Assembly: GCA_963709585.1 (NCBI GenBank)
Contig: CAVPXI010000007.1
Location: forward strand, 416,001-480,000
DNA from: Candidatus Dormiibacterota bacterium
GTDB taxonomy: Bacteria > Chloroflexota > Dormibacteria > Aeolococcales > Aeolococcaceae
DNA: 64,000 bases
Direction of reading: 5' to 3'
Both the position numbers and the translations under genes were made by a program. Positions 40,121-50,127 of the stretch are shown piece by piece; position 1 is the stretch's first letter; each line of letters begins with the position of its first letter. The notes beneath the pieces were generated by a model. The model did not search any database. It was not told where the DNA came from and saw only the letters and a list, made by a program, of their open reading frames with translations.

Positions 40121-41161
40121 GTGACCACCACGCTGGTGCGTGGCGAGCCCGACGTCAACGGCGCACCCCCCTCGCTGACGAGCCGCCTCCTCACCCTCAA
40201 AACCATCGCGTCCCTCGGCATCGCCGTCGTCATCGTCGGCGTCGCGCTGTGGCGCGCCCAGATCGATTGGGGCGCGGCCTGGGACAACATCCGCCACGCC
40301 AATCCGTTCCTCTACCTCGGAGCCCTCGCGGTCTACTACGCATCGTTCGTGGTGCGATCGATCCGCTGGCACGTGCTCCTCAAGAACGCCGGCGAGGACC
40401 GCCCGGCCAGATCGCTGATCGGCATCGTGATCACGTCGTTCTTCGTCAACTGCGTGGTGCCCGCGAAGATGGGCGACATCTACCGCGGGTATCTCGCCAA
40501 GCAGAAGCTGGAGGTCCCGGTCAGCAAGGCGCTCGGCACGATCATCGCCGAGCGGCTCATCGACCTCATCGTGCTCATGGCGCTGCTGCTCGCGGCGGGC
40601 GCGGTCGTGTTCCGCACCAGGGCGCCGGGGTTTCTCATCCCATACGTGGTGATCGGCGTGCTCGTCTGCCTCGCCGGTGTCGCCGTGATCCTCGTGATGC
40701 GCGCGGGCCGCGGTCAGCGGATCCTCCGCCTGCTCCCGGAAGCCGTGTTCCACCGCTACGAGAGCCTGCGTCTCGGCACCGTCGACTCGTTTGCGCGGCT
40801 GCCCACCCTCCTCGGCCTCACCGTGCTGGTCTGGGCGGCCGAAGGCGCACGGCTCGGCCTGGTGGTGTTCTCGTTGCACCTGGTCGGTGTCCATCTGGGC
40901 CCATCGCAGTTCCTGCTCATCGCGCTGGTGGCGGCGTTGCTCACCACCGTCCCGTTCCTCCCCGGGGGCCTCGGACTCGTGGAGGCGGGGATGATCGGCG
41001 TGCTCATCACCGTCGGCGGCGTGACCAACTCGGCCGCGGTGTCGATCACCCTGCTCGACCGGAGCATCAGCTACGGCAGCCTGGTCGTCATCGGGTTCGT
41101 GATCTTCATCGTCACCCACGTGCACGTTCCCCGAGTGCACCGGGTCGCACCCCAGGGGTGA
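40121..41161 (+). CDS. Lysylphosphatidylglycerol-synthase TM / UPF0104 flippase-like protein
   Basis: RSIRW, FVNCVVPAKMGDIYR, ERLID, PGGLGLVEAG, DRSISY. Confidence 0.88.
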   Translation: MTTTLVRGEPDVNGAPPSLTSRLLTLKTIASLGIAVVIVGVALWRAQIDWGAAWDNIRHANPFLYLGALAVYYASFVVRSIRWHVLLKNAGEDRPARSLIGIVITSFFVNCVVPAKMGDIYRGYLAKQKLEVPVSKALGTIIAERLIDLIVLMALLLAAGAVVFRTRAPGFLIPYVVIGVLVCLAGVAVILVMRAGRGQRILRLLPEAVFHRYESLRLGTVDSFARLPTLLGLTVLVWAAEGARLGLVVFSLHLVGVHLGPSQFLLIALVAALLTTVPFLPGGLGLVEAGMIGVLITVGGVTNSAAVSITLLDRSISYGSLVVIGFVIFIVTHVHVPRVHRVAPQG

Positions 41162-42075
41162 GAGCGCTCGTCACCGGCGGCGCCGGCTTCATCGGCTCCC
41201 ACATCAGCGACGCGCTCGTCGACGCCGGCCACGCCGTGACCGTGATCGACGACCTGTCCCGGGGCAGGCGCGAGCAGGTCAATGCGGGTGCGACCTTCGT
41301 CGAGCTCGACATCACGACGCCGGAGCTTGCAGCCGCGTTCGCCGAGGCACGTCCCGACGTGGTCTTTCACGCAGCCGCGCAGATCGATGTCCGCGAATCG
41401 GTGCGCAACCCGCTGCACGATGCCGAGGTCAATGTCGTCGGCACCGTCAACGTCCTGCGAGCGGCGATCGACGCCGGGGCGCGCCGGGTCGTGTTCGCGT
41501 CGAGTGGAGGGGCGATCTACGGCGACACCGAGGTGATCCCGACACCCGAGGATCACCCACGCCGTCCCGAGTCACCGTACGGCACTGCGAAGCTGTGCGC
41601 CGAGGAATACGGCGGCACCTTCAGCCGTCAGGCAGGCCTCGAGTTCGTGGCGCTCCGCTATGCCAACGTCTATGGACCGCGCCAGGATCCCCACGGTGAG
41701 GCGGGCGTGGTCGCCATCTTCGCGACCCGGCTCGTGCACGGAGAACCGGTGGTCATCAACGGCGATGGAACGCAGACGCGCGACTATGTCCACGTCCATG
41801 ACGTGGTGCGCGCCAATATCGCGGCCGTCGATGGGCCGACCGGCGTCTACAACATCGGCACCGGCGTCGAGACCGACGTGAACACGCTGTACCGGATGCT
41901 CGCGGCTGCGTCGGGAGTCAGCGCGAGTGCCGAACACGGCCCCGCCAAACCGGGTGAGCAGCGCCGTTCGTGCCTCGACACCAAGAGCACGCGCGAGCGC
42001 CTCGCCTGGAGCGCGGTGATCGGTTTCGACGAAGGCGTGAGGTCGACTCTCGAGTACTTCAGGAGCGCGGGCTAG
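41158..42075 (+). CDS. NAD-dependent epimerase/dehydratase (GalE-like)
   Basis: VTGGAGFIGSH, SPYGTAK, RYANVYGPRQ, GDGTQTRDYVHV; GTGA overlap. Confidence 0.93.
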   Translation: MRALVTGGAGFIGSHISDALVDAGHAVTVIDDLSRGRREQVNAGATFVELDITTPELAAAFAEARPDVVFHAAAQIDVRESVRNPLHDAEVNVVGTVNVLRAAIDAGARRVVFASSGGAIYGDTEVIPTPEDHPRRPESPYGTAKLCAEEYGGTFSRQAGLEFVALRYANVYGPRQDPHGEAGVVAIFATRLVHGEPVVINGDGTQTRDYVHVHDVVRANIAAVDGPTGVYNIGTGVETDVNTLYRMLAAASGVSASAEHGPAKPGEQRRSCLDTKSTRERLAWSAVIGFDEGVRSTLEYFRSAG

Positions 42076-42512
42076 TCGTCCAGCTGCGAGCGGGCGCGCT
42101 CCAGGTTCGCTGAGCCGCGACTGCGCAGCGTCGTTCCGGCGTCACGCAGTGCATCGTCAGCGGCGTACCCGGGCGCTTCCGCCAGCCGCGCCGACCAGCC
42201 CAGCTCGTCGACAGCAAGCCCGAGCGCGGTCCGTGCCTCGTCGAGCGTAGGGTCGACGGGCACCGCGGCGATCCTCTCGAGCGCCTGCGCACACCCGTCC
42301 AGCATGCGTCGGATCGCGTGCGGCGCACTCGTCTCGTCACCGGATCCCGGCCCTCCGTCGAGCGCCTGCGCGGCCTCGGTCGCGGTGCCGAGCACCGCCA
42401 CCAGGACGGCACGCGGGTTCACCTCGGCGGTGGCGCCCGCTCCCATCATTCGATAGGCGCCGAGCAGGAACAGCACCACCGCCAGCGCGGCGATGACGTA
42501 GATCGCCGTCAC
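42072..42512 (-). CDS. Hypothetical protein with N-terminal TM
   Basis: Hydrophobic N-terminus, helical remainder; follows infA on the same strand. Confidence 0.65.
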   Translation of the reverse strand: MTAIYVIAALAVVLFLLGAYRMMGAGATAEVNPRAVLVAVLGTATEAAQALDGGPGSGDETSAPHAIRRMLDGCAQALERIAAVPVDPTLDEARTALGLAVDELGWSARLAEAPGYAADDALRDAGTTLRSRGSANLERARSQLDD

Positions 42513-42528
42513 AGCCGGTCTCCGCCGG

Positions 42529-42834
42529 TTACTTGTAGCGGAAGGTGATGCGCCCGCGCGAGAGGTCGTATGGGCTCAGCTCGACGCGCACCCGGTCCCC
42601 GATGAGAATGCGGATGTAGAACTTGCGCATCTTTCCCGATGTGTAGGCGAGCACATCCTGGCCCGTCTGCAAGCGCACCTTGAACATCGCGTTGGGCAGC
42701 GGCTCGACGACCGTCGCGTCCATCTCGATGGTCTCTTCCTTGACGTCGACCTGGGCGGTGCCGTCGGTGACGTCCCGTCTGCGGACGGGGCCGCGCCGGC
42801 GGGTACCACCGGGACGGGGCGGGCGTCGTGCCAA
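42529..42834 (-). CDS. infA: Translation initiation factor IF-1 with Arg-rich N-terminal extension
   Basis: [24 protein letters not shown]...[36 protein letters not shown]; GAGGAG 7 nt before TTG 42834. Confidence 0.93.
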   Translation of the reverse strand: MARRPPRPGGTRRRGPVRRRDVTDGTAQVDVKEETIEMDATVVEPLPNAMFKVRLQTGQDVLAYTSGKMRKFYIRILIGDRVRVELSPYDLSRGRITFRYK

Positions 42835-42907
42835 ACAGGGTCTCCTCGAAGCTGATCGGGCGGTTGGCGAGCGTATCACGGAGCCGTTCCCTGGTAACGT
42901 CATCTCG

Positions 42908-45900
42908 ATGGCGGCCCGAGATCGATCCCCGTTCCTCGATGCGCTGCGTGAGCGCGTGCTCGTCTTCGACGGCGCTATGGGGACCAGCCTTCAGTCGGAG
43001 AACCCCGGAGTCGACGCTTTCGGCGGTGCCAGGCTGGAAGGATGGATGGACGGTCTTGCCATCCATGCGCCGCAGGTCGTCGAGCGCGTGCACCGGAGCT
43101 TCCTCGACGCCGGCTGCGACGTCATCGAGACCTGCACGTTCCAGGCAACCCGTCCGCGGCTCGAGGAGTGGGGGCAGGGCGAGGTCACCGTTGACCTCAA
43201 TGTGTCCGCCGCCCGCCTCGCCCGAAGGATCGCGGACGAGTACGCCGCCGACGGCCGCCCGCGCTTCGTCGCGGGCAGCATGGGCCCCACCGGATTCCTG
43301 CCCGCGTCGAGCGATCCGGCGATGAGCCGGCTCGGGTTCGGCGACCTGGTGCCGGTGTATCGCGAGCAGGCCGCATCGCTCATCGAGGGCGGCGTCGACG
43401 TGCTGATCATCGAGACGCAGCAGGACATCCTCGAGACCAAAGCGGCAGTCTTCGGCGCGCGCGCCGCGGCCGCCGCGGCGGATCGCCCGGTCGCGATCAT
43501 GACCACGGTGTCGCTCGACGTCACGGGGCGGATGCTGCTCGGAACCGACGCCGCCGCGGTGCTCGCAGTCCTCGAGTCCCTGCACGTCGACGTCATCGGA
43601 TTCAACTGCTCGACCGGTCCGGAGCACATGCGTGAACCGATCCGATACATCACGTCGCACACCGCGCTGCCGGTCGCGTGCATCCCCAACGCGGGGCTGC
43701 CGATCAACGTCGAGGGCCGCGCGCACTACCCGCTCGAACCGAAACCGATGGCGACCGAGCTGTCGAGCTTCGTCAGCGAGTACGGTGTCAGCATCGTCGG
43801 CGGGTGCTGCGGCTCCACTCCCGAGCACATCCGCGAGTTGGTGGCGCGCGTCGGCGCGGCGTCGCGCGCGCACCCGACGCCTGACGTTGAACCGCGCCTG
43901 GCGAGCAGCATGCACGCCATCGATCTGCGCCAGCAGCCCGCTCCACTGCTCATCGGCGAACGCGTCAACGCCCAGGGGTCCCGCGCGATCAAGCGTCTTC
44001 TCCTCGCCGACGACTACGACGGCATCCTCGGCATCGCCAGAACGCAGGTGGAAGGCGGCGCCCACGCCCTCGACCTGTGCGTCGCGGTCACCGAGCGCAG
44101 CGACGAGGCGGAGCAGATGCGGACCGTCGTGAAGACCCTGCAGATGAGCATCGACGCCCCGCTGGTCATCGACAGCACCGATGCCGATGTCATCAAGGCG
44201 GCGCTCGAGGTGTACCCGGGCCGGGGCATCGTGAACAGCGTCAACCTCGAGAACGGACGCGTCCGCTGCGACGCGGTGCTGCCGTCGGTGCGTGACCACG
44301 GCGCGTGCGTGATCGCGCTGACCATCGACGAGCAGGGAATGGCGCGCACCGCGGAACGCAAGGTCGAGATCGCGCGCCGCATCCATGATCTCGCCCGCGA
44401 CGACTTCGACCTGACGCCCGACCAGCTGATCTTCGATGCGCTCACCTTCACGCTCGCCACCGGCGAGGCCGAGTGGATCGACTCGGCGCACGAGACCATC
44501 GAGGGCATCCGCGCCATCAAACGCGAGCTGCCCGGTGTGCTCACCGTGCTCGGCGTGTCCAACGTCTCGTTCGGCCTCGCGCCGCACACGCGCCCGGTGC
44601 TCAACAGCGTCTTCCTGCACCACTGCGTCGAAGCAGGGCTCGACGCCGCGATCATCAATCCGACCCACGTCGTCCCGTACGGTGAGATCGAGCCAGACGC
44701 TCGCCGTCTCGCCGAGGAGCTGGTGTTCAACAGCGCACCCGACGCGCTCACCCGGTTCATCGCGCATTTCGACGACGGTGCCTCGGCGGGCGGCGCCGGT
44801 CTTCCCGAAACCGCCGATCCGTACGAGGGGATGTCGACCGTGGAGCGCATCCACGCGCAGATCCTCCACCGGCGCAAGGACGGCATCGAGGATCAGATCG
44901 ACCTTGCGTTGCTGGAGCTGGACGCCGTGACCGTCCTGAACACGGTGCTCCTGCCCGCGATGAAGGATGTCGGCGACCGGTTCGGCTCCGGCGAGCTCAT
45001 CCTGCCCTTTGTGCTGCAGAGCGCGGAGGTGATGAAGCGTGCGGTCGCGCATCTCGAGCAGTATCTGGAAAAACGCGAGGGCTACACCAAGGGCAAGGTG
45101 GTGCTCGCGACCGTCTATGGCGACGTGCACGACATCGGCAAGAACCTGGTCAACACCATCCTCAGCAACAACGGCTATACGGTGTTCGACCTCGGCAAGC
45201 AGGTGCCGCTCAACACGATCATCGACAAGGCGCTCGAGGTCGACGCCGACGCGATCGGGCTCTCGGCGCTGCTGGTGAGCACGAGCAAGCAGATGCCGGC
45301 GTGCGTGAAGGAGCTCGACGAGCGCGGCCTGAGCTACCCGCTGATCATCGGTGGTGCAGCGATCAATCGCGGATTCGGCAGACGCATCCTGTACCTCGAC
45401 CAGGAGCGCGCCTACGAACCTGGCGTCTTCTACTGCAAGGACGCGTTCGAAGGGCTGGAAACCGTTGATCAGCTCCTCGATCCGGATCGGCACGACGCGC
45501 TGCTGTCGCGCGTTCTCGAGGAGGCACGCACACATCGGGTGCGCGAGCAGGAGAAGCTCGAGCGCCGCAACGCTGCCGCGGCCGGTGCCGCGGTCATGCC
45601 GGCGCGAAGCACGGTCCGGCGCAACGCCCCGATACCGACGGTGCCGTTCTGGGGCGCGCGCGTGCTCCGCGACATTCCCATCTGGGACGTCTATCCGTTC
45701 ATCGATCGCAACTCGCTCTACAAGATGAGCTGGCAGTTCCGGGGCGTTCGCGACTCCGCCAAATGGGACGAGCTGCTCCGCAGCGAGCTCGAGCCCCGTC
45801 TGCAACGCTCGATGGAGGAAGCGGTGCGCGACGGCTGGCTCAAGCTCGAGGCGGTCTACGGATACTGGCCGGCGCTCGCCGACGGCAACACGGTGGTCGT

Positions 45901-46462
45901 GTACGACCCGGGCGACATCGACGCCGAGCTGGGCCGCTTCACGTTCCCGCGTCAGTCCGAGCAGCACCGTCTCTGCCTCGCGGATTACATCCGCCCCGCC
46001 GAGGATGCAGCCGACGGTGAGCGCGACGTCATCGCGCTCCAGGTGGTGACCACCGGGCCCGGCGCCTCCGAGCTGTCCAATCGCCTGCAGGTCGACGGCT
46101 CCTACGACGACATGCTCCGGATCCACGGCTTCGCCACTCAGATGGCCGAGGCCGCGGCGGAGTATGTCCATCACCGCATCCGCCGTGAGCTGCGCCTCGG
46201 CGAGGACCAGGGGCGCCGCTACTCGTGGGGGTACCCGTCGTGCCCAGACCTCGAGGACCACGAGATCCTGATGCGGATCGTCCCCGCGGCGGAGATCGGG
46301 GTGATGCTCACCGAGGGGTATCAGTTCGTGCCGGAGCAGTCGACGGGCGCCATCGTGATGCACCACCCGGAAGCTCGCTACTTCGCGGTCTACGGCGGCG
46401 CGGCGATCGAGGACGATGCCCCCGGGGCGCCGGAGCCGCTGCTCACCACAGTGGGCGCATAA
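42908..46462 (+). CDS. metH: Cobalamin-dependent methionine synthase
   Basis: [48 protein letters not shown]. Confidence 0.97.
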   Translation: MAARDRSPFLDALRERVLVFDGAMGTSLQSENPGVDAFGGARLEGWMDGLAIHAPQVVERVHRSFLDAGCDVIETCTFQATRPRLEEWGQGEVTVDLNVSAARLARRIADEYAADGRPRFVAGSMGPTGFLPASSDPAMSRLGFGDLVPVYREQAASLIEGGVDVLIIETQQDILETKAAVFGARAAAAAADRPVAIMTTVSLDVTGRMLLGTDAAAVLAVLESLHVDVIGFNCSTGPEHMREPIRYITSHTALPVACIPNAGLPINVEGRAHYPLEPKPMATELSSFVSEYGVSIVGGCCGSTPEHIRELVARVGAASRAHPTPDVEPRLASSMHAIDLRQQPAPLLIGERVNAQGSRAIKRLLLADDYDGILGIARTQVEGGAHALDLCVAVTERSDEAEQMRTVVKTLQMSIDAPLVIDSTDADVIKAALEVYPGRGIVNSVNLENGRVRCDAVLPSVRDHGACVIALTIDEQGMARTAERKVEIARRIHDLARDDFDLTPDQLIFDALTFTLATGEAEWIDSAHETIEGIRAIKRELPGVLTVLGVSNVSFGLAPHTRPVLNSVFLHHCVEAGLDAAIINPTHVVPYGEIEPDARRLAEELVFNSAPDALTRFIAHFDDGASAGGAGLPETADPYEGMSTVERIHAQILHRRKDGIEDQIDLALLELDAVTVLNTVLLPAMKDVGDRFGSGELILPFVLQSAEVMKRAVAHLEQYLEKREGYTKGKVVLATVYGDVHDIGKNLVNTILSNNGYTVFDLGKQVPLNTIIDKALEVDADAIGLSALLVSTSKQMPACVKELDERGLSYPLIIGGAAINRGFGRRILYLDQERAYEPGVFYCKDAFEGLETVDQLLDPDRHDALLSRVLEEARTHRVREQEKLERRNAAAAGAAVMPARSTVRRNAPIPTVPFWGARVLRDIPIWDVYPFIDRNSLYKMSWQFRGVRDSAKWDELLRSELEPRLQRSMEEAVRDGWLKLEAVYGYWPALADGNTVVVYDPGDIDAELGRFTFPRQSEQHRLCLADYIRPAEDAADGERDVIALQVVTTGPGASELSNRLQVDGSYDDMLRIHGFATQMAEAAAEYVHHRIRRELRLGEDQGRRYSWGYPSCPDLEDHEILMRIVPAAEIGVMLTEGYQFVPEQSTGAIVMHHPEARYFAVYGGAAIEDDAPGAPEPLLTTVGA

Positions 46463-46526
46463 CCAAGACCGTCACGACCGTGTGACCGCACCGCGGGGGA
46501 CCGAGGGCAGAATCGGTCAGGAGCTC

Positions 46527-47822
46527 ATGTCTGACGCTGATCTGTCCGGTCCGATGCCAGCCCCGCGCCGGATTGGCTCGCGAGGCACGCTGCTGTCGGG
46601 CAGGGCGACCTTGATTGCCGCGGTGTGCACGGTGCTGGTCGCTGTCGCGCTCGCAAATTGGATCGTGCAGATTCCAGGAAACGCCGCGCACACGGATTTC
46701 GCCGCGTCGTACGCGAGCGCAGCGCTGTTTCGCGAGGGTCACGCCGCGATCATGTTCGACCCCGTCGCGCAGTCAGATGTGCTCCATGCCGCCGGCGGTG
46801 GCGCCTCGTCAACCACCTCGCCCGCGGCCCTGACGCCCGCGGCGATTCTCGTGCTGGTGCCGTTCACCGCGCTCCCGCTCTGGCTCGCCTCCCTGCTGTG
46901 GTCGTTGCTGCAGGTGGTGCTCCTCGGTCTCGCGGCGCTGGTTGCGACGCGGGCCGCCCCCTGGCCGGCGCAGACCTTCAGGAGTACCCGCGCGATCGTC
47001 GCCGTCGCGGCGATGTGCGGGGGCGGTACGTTGATGCTGCTCCCGCTGAACCAGTGGGATGGCATCGCGGCGGCTGCTTTGGCACTGACCTATGCCGACC
47101 TGCGTCGGGGTCACGATCACCGAGCCATGCTGTGGCTCACCGTCGGTCTGCTTGTTGGCAAGCCGCACCTGGGGATCGGCCTTGCGCTCTTCCTGGTGGC
47201 TCGGCGCCCTCTGTCGATCGTCTCGGGTGCGATCGCCGCGGCGGTCGTCGGCGGGATGACGATCCTGTTGGTACCGCTTGCGGCAATTGGTCAGTGGGTC
47301 GGCACCATCGTGCATGTCTCCGGCCTGTATCCCGCCTCATCGACAATCGGGATGAGCGGCCTCGTGGGCTCGTTCCTGGAAGCCGGCGCAACGTCCAGCG
47401 CGCTCGGATACGCGCTCGCCGCTACCGCTTCGCTCGGCTGCGTCGTCCTGGGGCGACAGGCCCGGAACCGGTTGCGAGGACACGCGACTGGGATGGATCC
47501 CCTCTTTCTTGGGGTGACGCTGCTCAGTCTGTTGATCGCACCGCACGTGTTCCCCTACGACCTGGTCCTGCTGATCCCGGGATTCATCGGATGCGTCGCC
47601 TGGGCGACGGCCAACGACGCGGGCGCATCGTGGCCCGGCACGCGTGCCCTGTTAGCGCTCGGCGCATGGGCCACGGTCGCGCTCATCTGTTTTGCGATGA
47701 TCTCGCCGCCGGGAAGCTACCGACCGATCGTCTTGCTCCCCATGTTCCTGTTGGGCTGCGCGCTCGCCTGCATTGCCGCGGCGCGGCAGCACCGGGTTCG
47801 GTTTCGAGTGGGTGACAGCTAA
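46527..47822 (+). CDS. GT-C glycosyltransferase, family 87-like
   Basis: TDFAASYASA, LVPFTALP, NQWD, KPHLG, PHVFPYDLVLL; multi-TM. Confidence 0.8.
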   Translation: MSDADLSGPMPAPRRIGSRGTLLSGRATLIAAVCTVLVAVALANWIVQIPGNAAHTDFAASYASAALFREGHAAIMFDPVAQSDVLHAAGGGASSTTSPAALTPAAILVLVPFTALPLWLASLLWSLLQVVLLGLAALVATRAAPWPAQTFRSTRAIVAVAAMCGGGTLMLLPLNQWDGIAAAALALTYADLRRGHDHRAMLWLTVGLLVGKPHLGIGLALFLVARRPLSIVSGAIAAAVVGGMTILLVPLAAIGQWVGTIVHVSGLYPASSTIGMSGLVGSFLEAGATSSALGYALAATASLGCVVLGRQARNRLRGHATGMDPLFLGVTLLSLLIAPHVFPYDLVLLIPGFIGCVAWATANDAGASWPGTRALLALGAWATVALICFAMISPPGSYRPIVLLPMFLLGCALACIAAARQHRVRFRVGDS

Positions 47823-47856
47823 GGAGAGGCACGCGCGGCCGGCGTACAACCACTCC

Positions 47857-49236
47857 ATGCCAGCGTCACGCTCCGTGATCCGGCGCCTGTTGATGCCCCC
47901 GGCCGATGCCACGGGGAGGCGCATCGCGATCGCCGGTGTCGCCGGGATCCTGCTCACTGCACCGCTGTCGCTTCAGCAATCCGTCGCGCCGCATCCGCTG
48001 GTGAGCTGGCTGCTCACATGCTGTGGCGCTGTCCTGGCGGTCATCTGTCTTCGGCCCTCATGGACCCCTCGGGTGATCGTCGCGCGCAGTGCAATCGTCG
48101 TCTGCATCGTGTTCTGCGCCGTGTCGGGCATTCTCGGAATCTCGCAGACGGTGGGCGCACTGCAGCGATCGGACCAGCAGCTGCTGTGCAGTGACGACGT
48201 CGCCCCGGACACCGTCGTCGGCGCTCAGGAAGTGATCCACGGCGTCGACCCCTACACCGCGTTCAACGTCCTCGAGGCGGAAAGAAAACTCGGATGTCCG
48301 GCCTACTCGGTGACTCCGCTGCGTTCTGGCATCTTCGCCTCCCTCGTGGCTCCGCCGACGGCGGCGCAGATCGAGCCGGCGGCAGCGGCGGCGGCGTTGG
48401 GGCACCCGATCGGTGGGTTGCTCGTCGGCTTCAATTACCCCGCCGGAACGGCGCTGCTCGGTGTGCTCGGCGGTCACGGGCTGGTGCTCGTTTCCCCGCT
48501 CGCGCTCCTCCTCGCCGGGCTGGTCATCGCTCGACGAGCTGAGCCGTCGGCGCGTCGTGTGACGATCCTGGCACTCGGTGCGCAAGCAGGGCTGCTCGCC
48601 GTGGTCGGTAACGCACGCGTCGATCTCCTGGTAGCCGCACTGCTCATGGTCGCGGTGAGCAGGAGGCGCGGGCTGGCGATGGGAATCGCCCTGGGTGTGG
48701 CCTGCGCTATCAAGCAGACCGCGTGGTTCATCGCGCCGGCGCTGCTGGTGTTGGCGCTGCGTGAGGGAAGGGTTCGGGACCCTCGGTATCAGCTCGGCGC
48801 GTTGCTCGCGTTCGCGGCTATCAATCTCCCCTTCATCATCGCGGGCCCTTCGGCGTGGATCGTCGGGGTCATCGCTCCACAGATCCAACCCGAGTTCCCG
48901 CTCGGGTTCGGCCCGGGAGCCGCCGGACAGGCCGGGAGTGGTGTTGTGACGGCGTTCGCGATCCTGATGATCGTCGTCGTCGGCGCGGGAATAGTGGTCT
49001 GCGCGGTCGCACCACGTCGATGGGCGCCGGCGGGTGTCATCGTCTCCAGCCTGGGGCTCTGGGTTGGGCCGCGAAGCCTCGGCTACTACGTCGCGCTGCT
49101 GGGAGTCATCGCCGTTTCCACCGTCATCGGCTCGAATCTCAGGTGTGGCGAGCCTGATCGGGTGGCGGCGCGGGGGGCTGCGCCATCGGAGCCCCTGGCG
49201 ACCAGGATGCGTCGCACCCCAATCAAGACGACATAG
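47857..49236 (+). CDS. GT-C fold multi-TM protein
   Basis: SDD acidic loop, GVDPY, FNYPAG, ACAIKQTAW, INLPF. Confidence 0.7.
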   Translation: MPASRSVIRRLLMPPADATGRRIAIAGVAGILLTAPLSLQQSVAPHPLVSWLLTCCGAVLAVICLRPSWTPRVIVARSAIVVCIVFCAVSGILGISQTVGALQRSDQQLLCSDDVAPDTVVGAQEVIHGVDPYTAFNVLEAERKLGCPAYSVTPLRSGIFASLVAPPTAAQIEPAAAAAALGHPIGGLLVGFNYPAGTALLGVLGGHGLVLVSPLALLLAGLVIARRAEPSARRVTILALGAQAGLLAVVGNARVDLLVAALLMVAVSRRRGLAMGIALGVACAIKQTAWFIAPALLVLALREGRVRDPRYQLGALLAFAAINLPFIIAGPSAWIVGVIAPQIQPEFPLGFGPGAAGQAGSGVVTAFAILMIVVVGAGIVVCAVAPRRWAPAGVIVSSLGLWVGPRSLGYYVALLGVIAVSTVIGSNLRCGEPDRVAARGAAPSEPLATRMRRTPIKTT

Positions 49237-49305
49237 TCAGGTCGACCAGGGCGGAGACGGCGAGGGGCCCCGCGCCGACAGGACCCGATCAGTCCCGTCC
49301 CGCTC

Positions 49306-49599
49306 CTACTCCACGTAGCGCCGGATGCGGTCGTCCTCGTCACCGTGCTCGCTCTGGTAGAGCACGCACGACTCCGGTTCGGACACGCACGGCGGCACGG
49401 GATGGCGTCCGGTGAACTTGTGGGTCCGCCGGTCGACGTGGCAGTCAGCCTTGTAGCGGGTTAGCAGACCGAACGGACCGGCGCTCTCCTTGATGATCTG
49501 CTCGAGGTACGGGCAGCGGCGGCCACGCGGTCGCGCGGGCGCCGACTGGCGCTGCGGCTCTGGCCGGCCGCGGGGCGGCGGCGGTGGTTCTGCTCGCAT
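49306..49599 (-). CDS. Small hypothetical protein with four Cys
   Basis: GAGGGG RBS; RCPYL...C...C-x6-CVLY. Confidence 0.6.
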   Translation of the reverse strand: MRAEPPPPPRGRPEPQRQSAPARPRGRRCPYLEQIIKESAGPFGLLTRYKADCHVDRRTHKFTGRHPVPPCVSEPESCVLYQSEHGDEDDRIRRYVE

Positions 49600-49622
49600 C
49601 GTCCCCTCGAGTGTAGAACTCC

Positions 49623-50012
49623 TTACGGGGCGAGCATCGACTGGATCCGCGACGCGAGTTCCTTGATCTTGAAGGGCTTGGCCAGCGTCTGAACGTTGCC
49701 GTATGCCTCGAGCTGCGGGGCCGTAGAGGAATTCACCAGCGCGCTGACCACCAGCACCTTTGGATCACTGCCGTGATCGGAGCGGATCCGTTCGAGCACC
49801 TCCCTGCCCGAGAGGTCACCCGGCAGCATGAGGTCGAGCAGGACGAGGTCCGGCTGAAACTCCACAAACGCCGCTAGGCCCTCGTCGCCGCTCTTCGCCA
49901 CCTTCACCTCATAGCCCTCCATCGTGCAGAGCAGAGATTCGATGTCGGCGAGCGCGTAGTAGTCCTCGATGATCAGGACTTTCTTCATGGCGGTACTCGT
50001 CGCTGGGCTCAT
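49623..50012 (-). CDS. Single-domain response regulator
   Basis: KVLIIED, DLVLLDLMLP, VSA, KPF. Start 50012 or 49988. Confidence 0.9.
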   Translation of the reverse strand: MSPATSTAMKKVLIIEDYYALADIESLLCTMEGYEVKVAKSGDEGLAAFVEFQPDLVLLDLMLPGDLSGREVLERIRSDHGSDPKVLVVSALVNSSTAPQLEAYGNVQTLAKPFKIKELASRIQSMLAP

Positions 50013-50127
50013 TTTGGGGATGCGGCCGAATATAGCACGGGCATTTCGGCCACCCTTGGGGGGTGTGACCAAGCCGTCACCGCGCGACGCATCCTCGGCA
50101 CAAACGACGCCGTCGCCACACCCACGA

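Noticed and set aside
42835-42907. Cobalamin or SAM riboswitch before metH
   Set aside because: Only 73 nt separate the divergent genes, and the -10 box is 7 nt from the ATG.
42509-46366. Very long antisense ORFs (also 12954-14789, 15220-16959, 58330-60789, 62781-63998)
   Set aside because: They lie opposite well-conserved genes and are expected from high-GC codon bias; no domain motifs.
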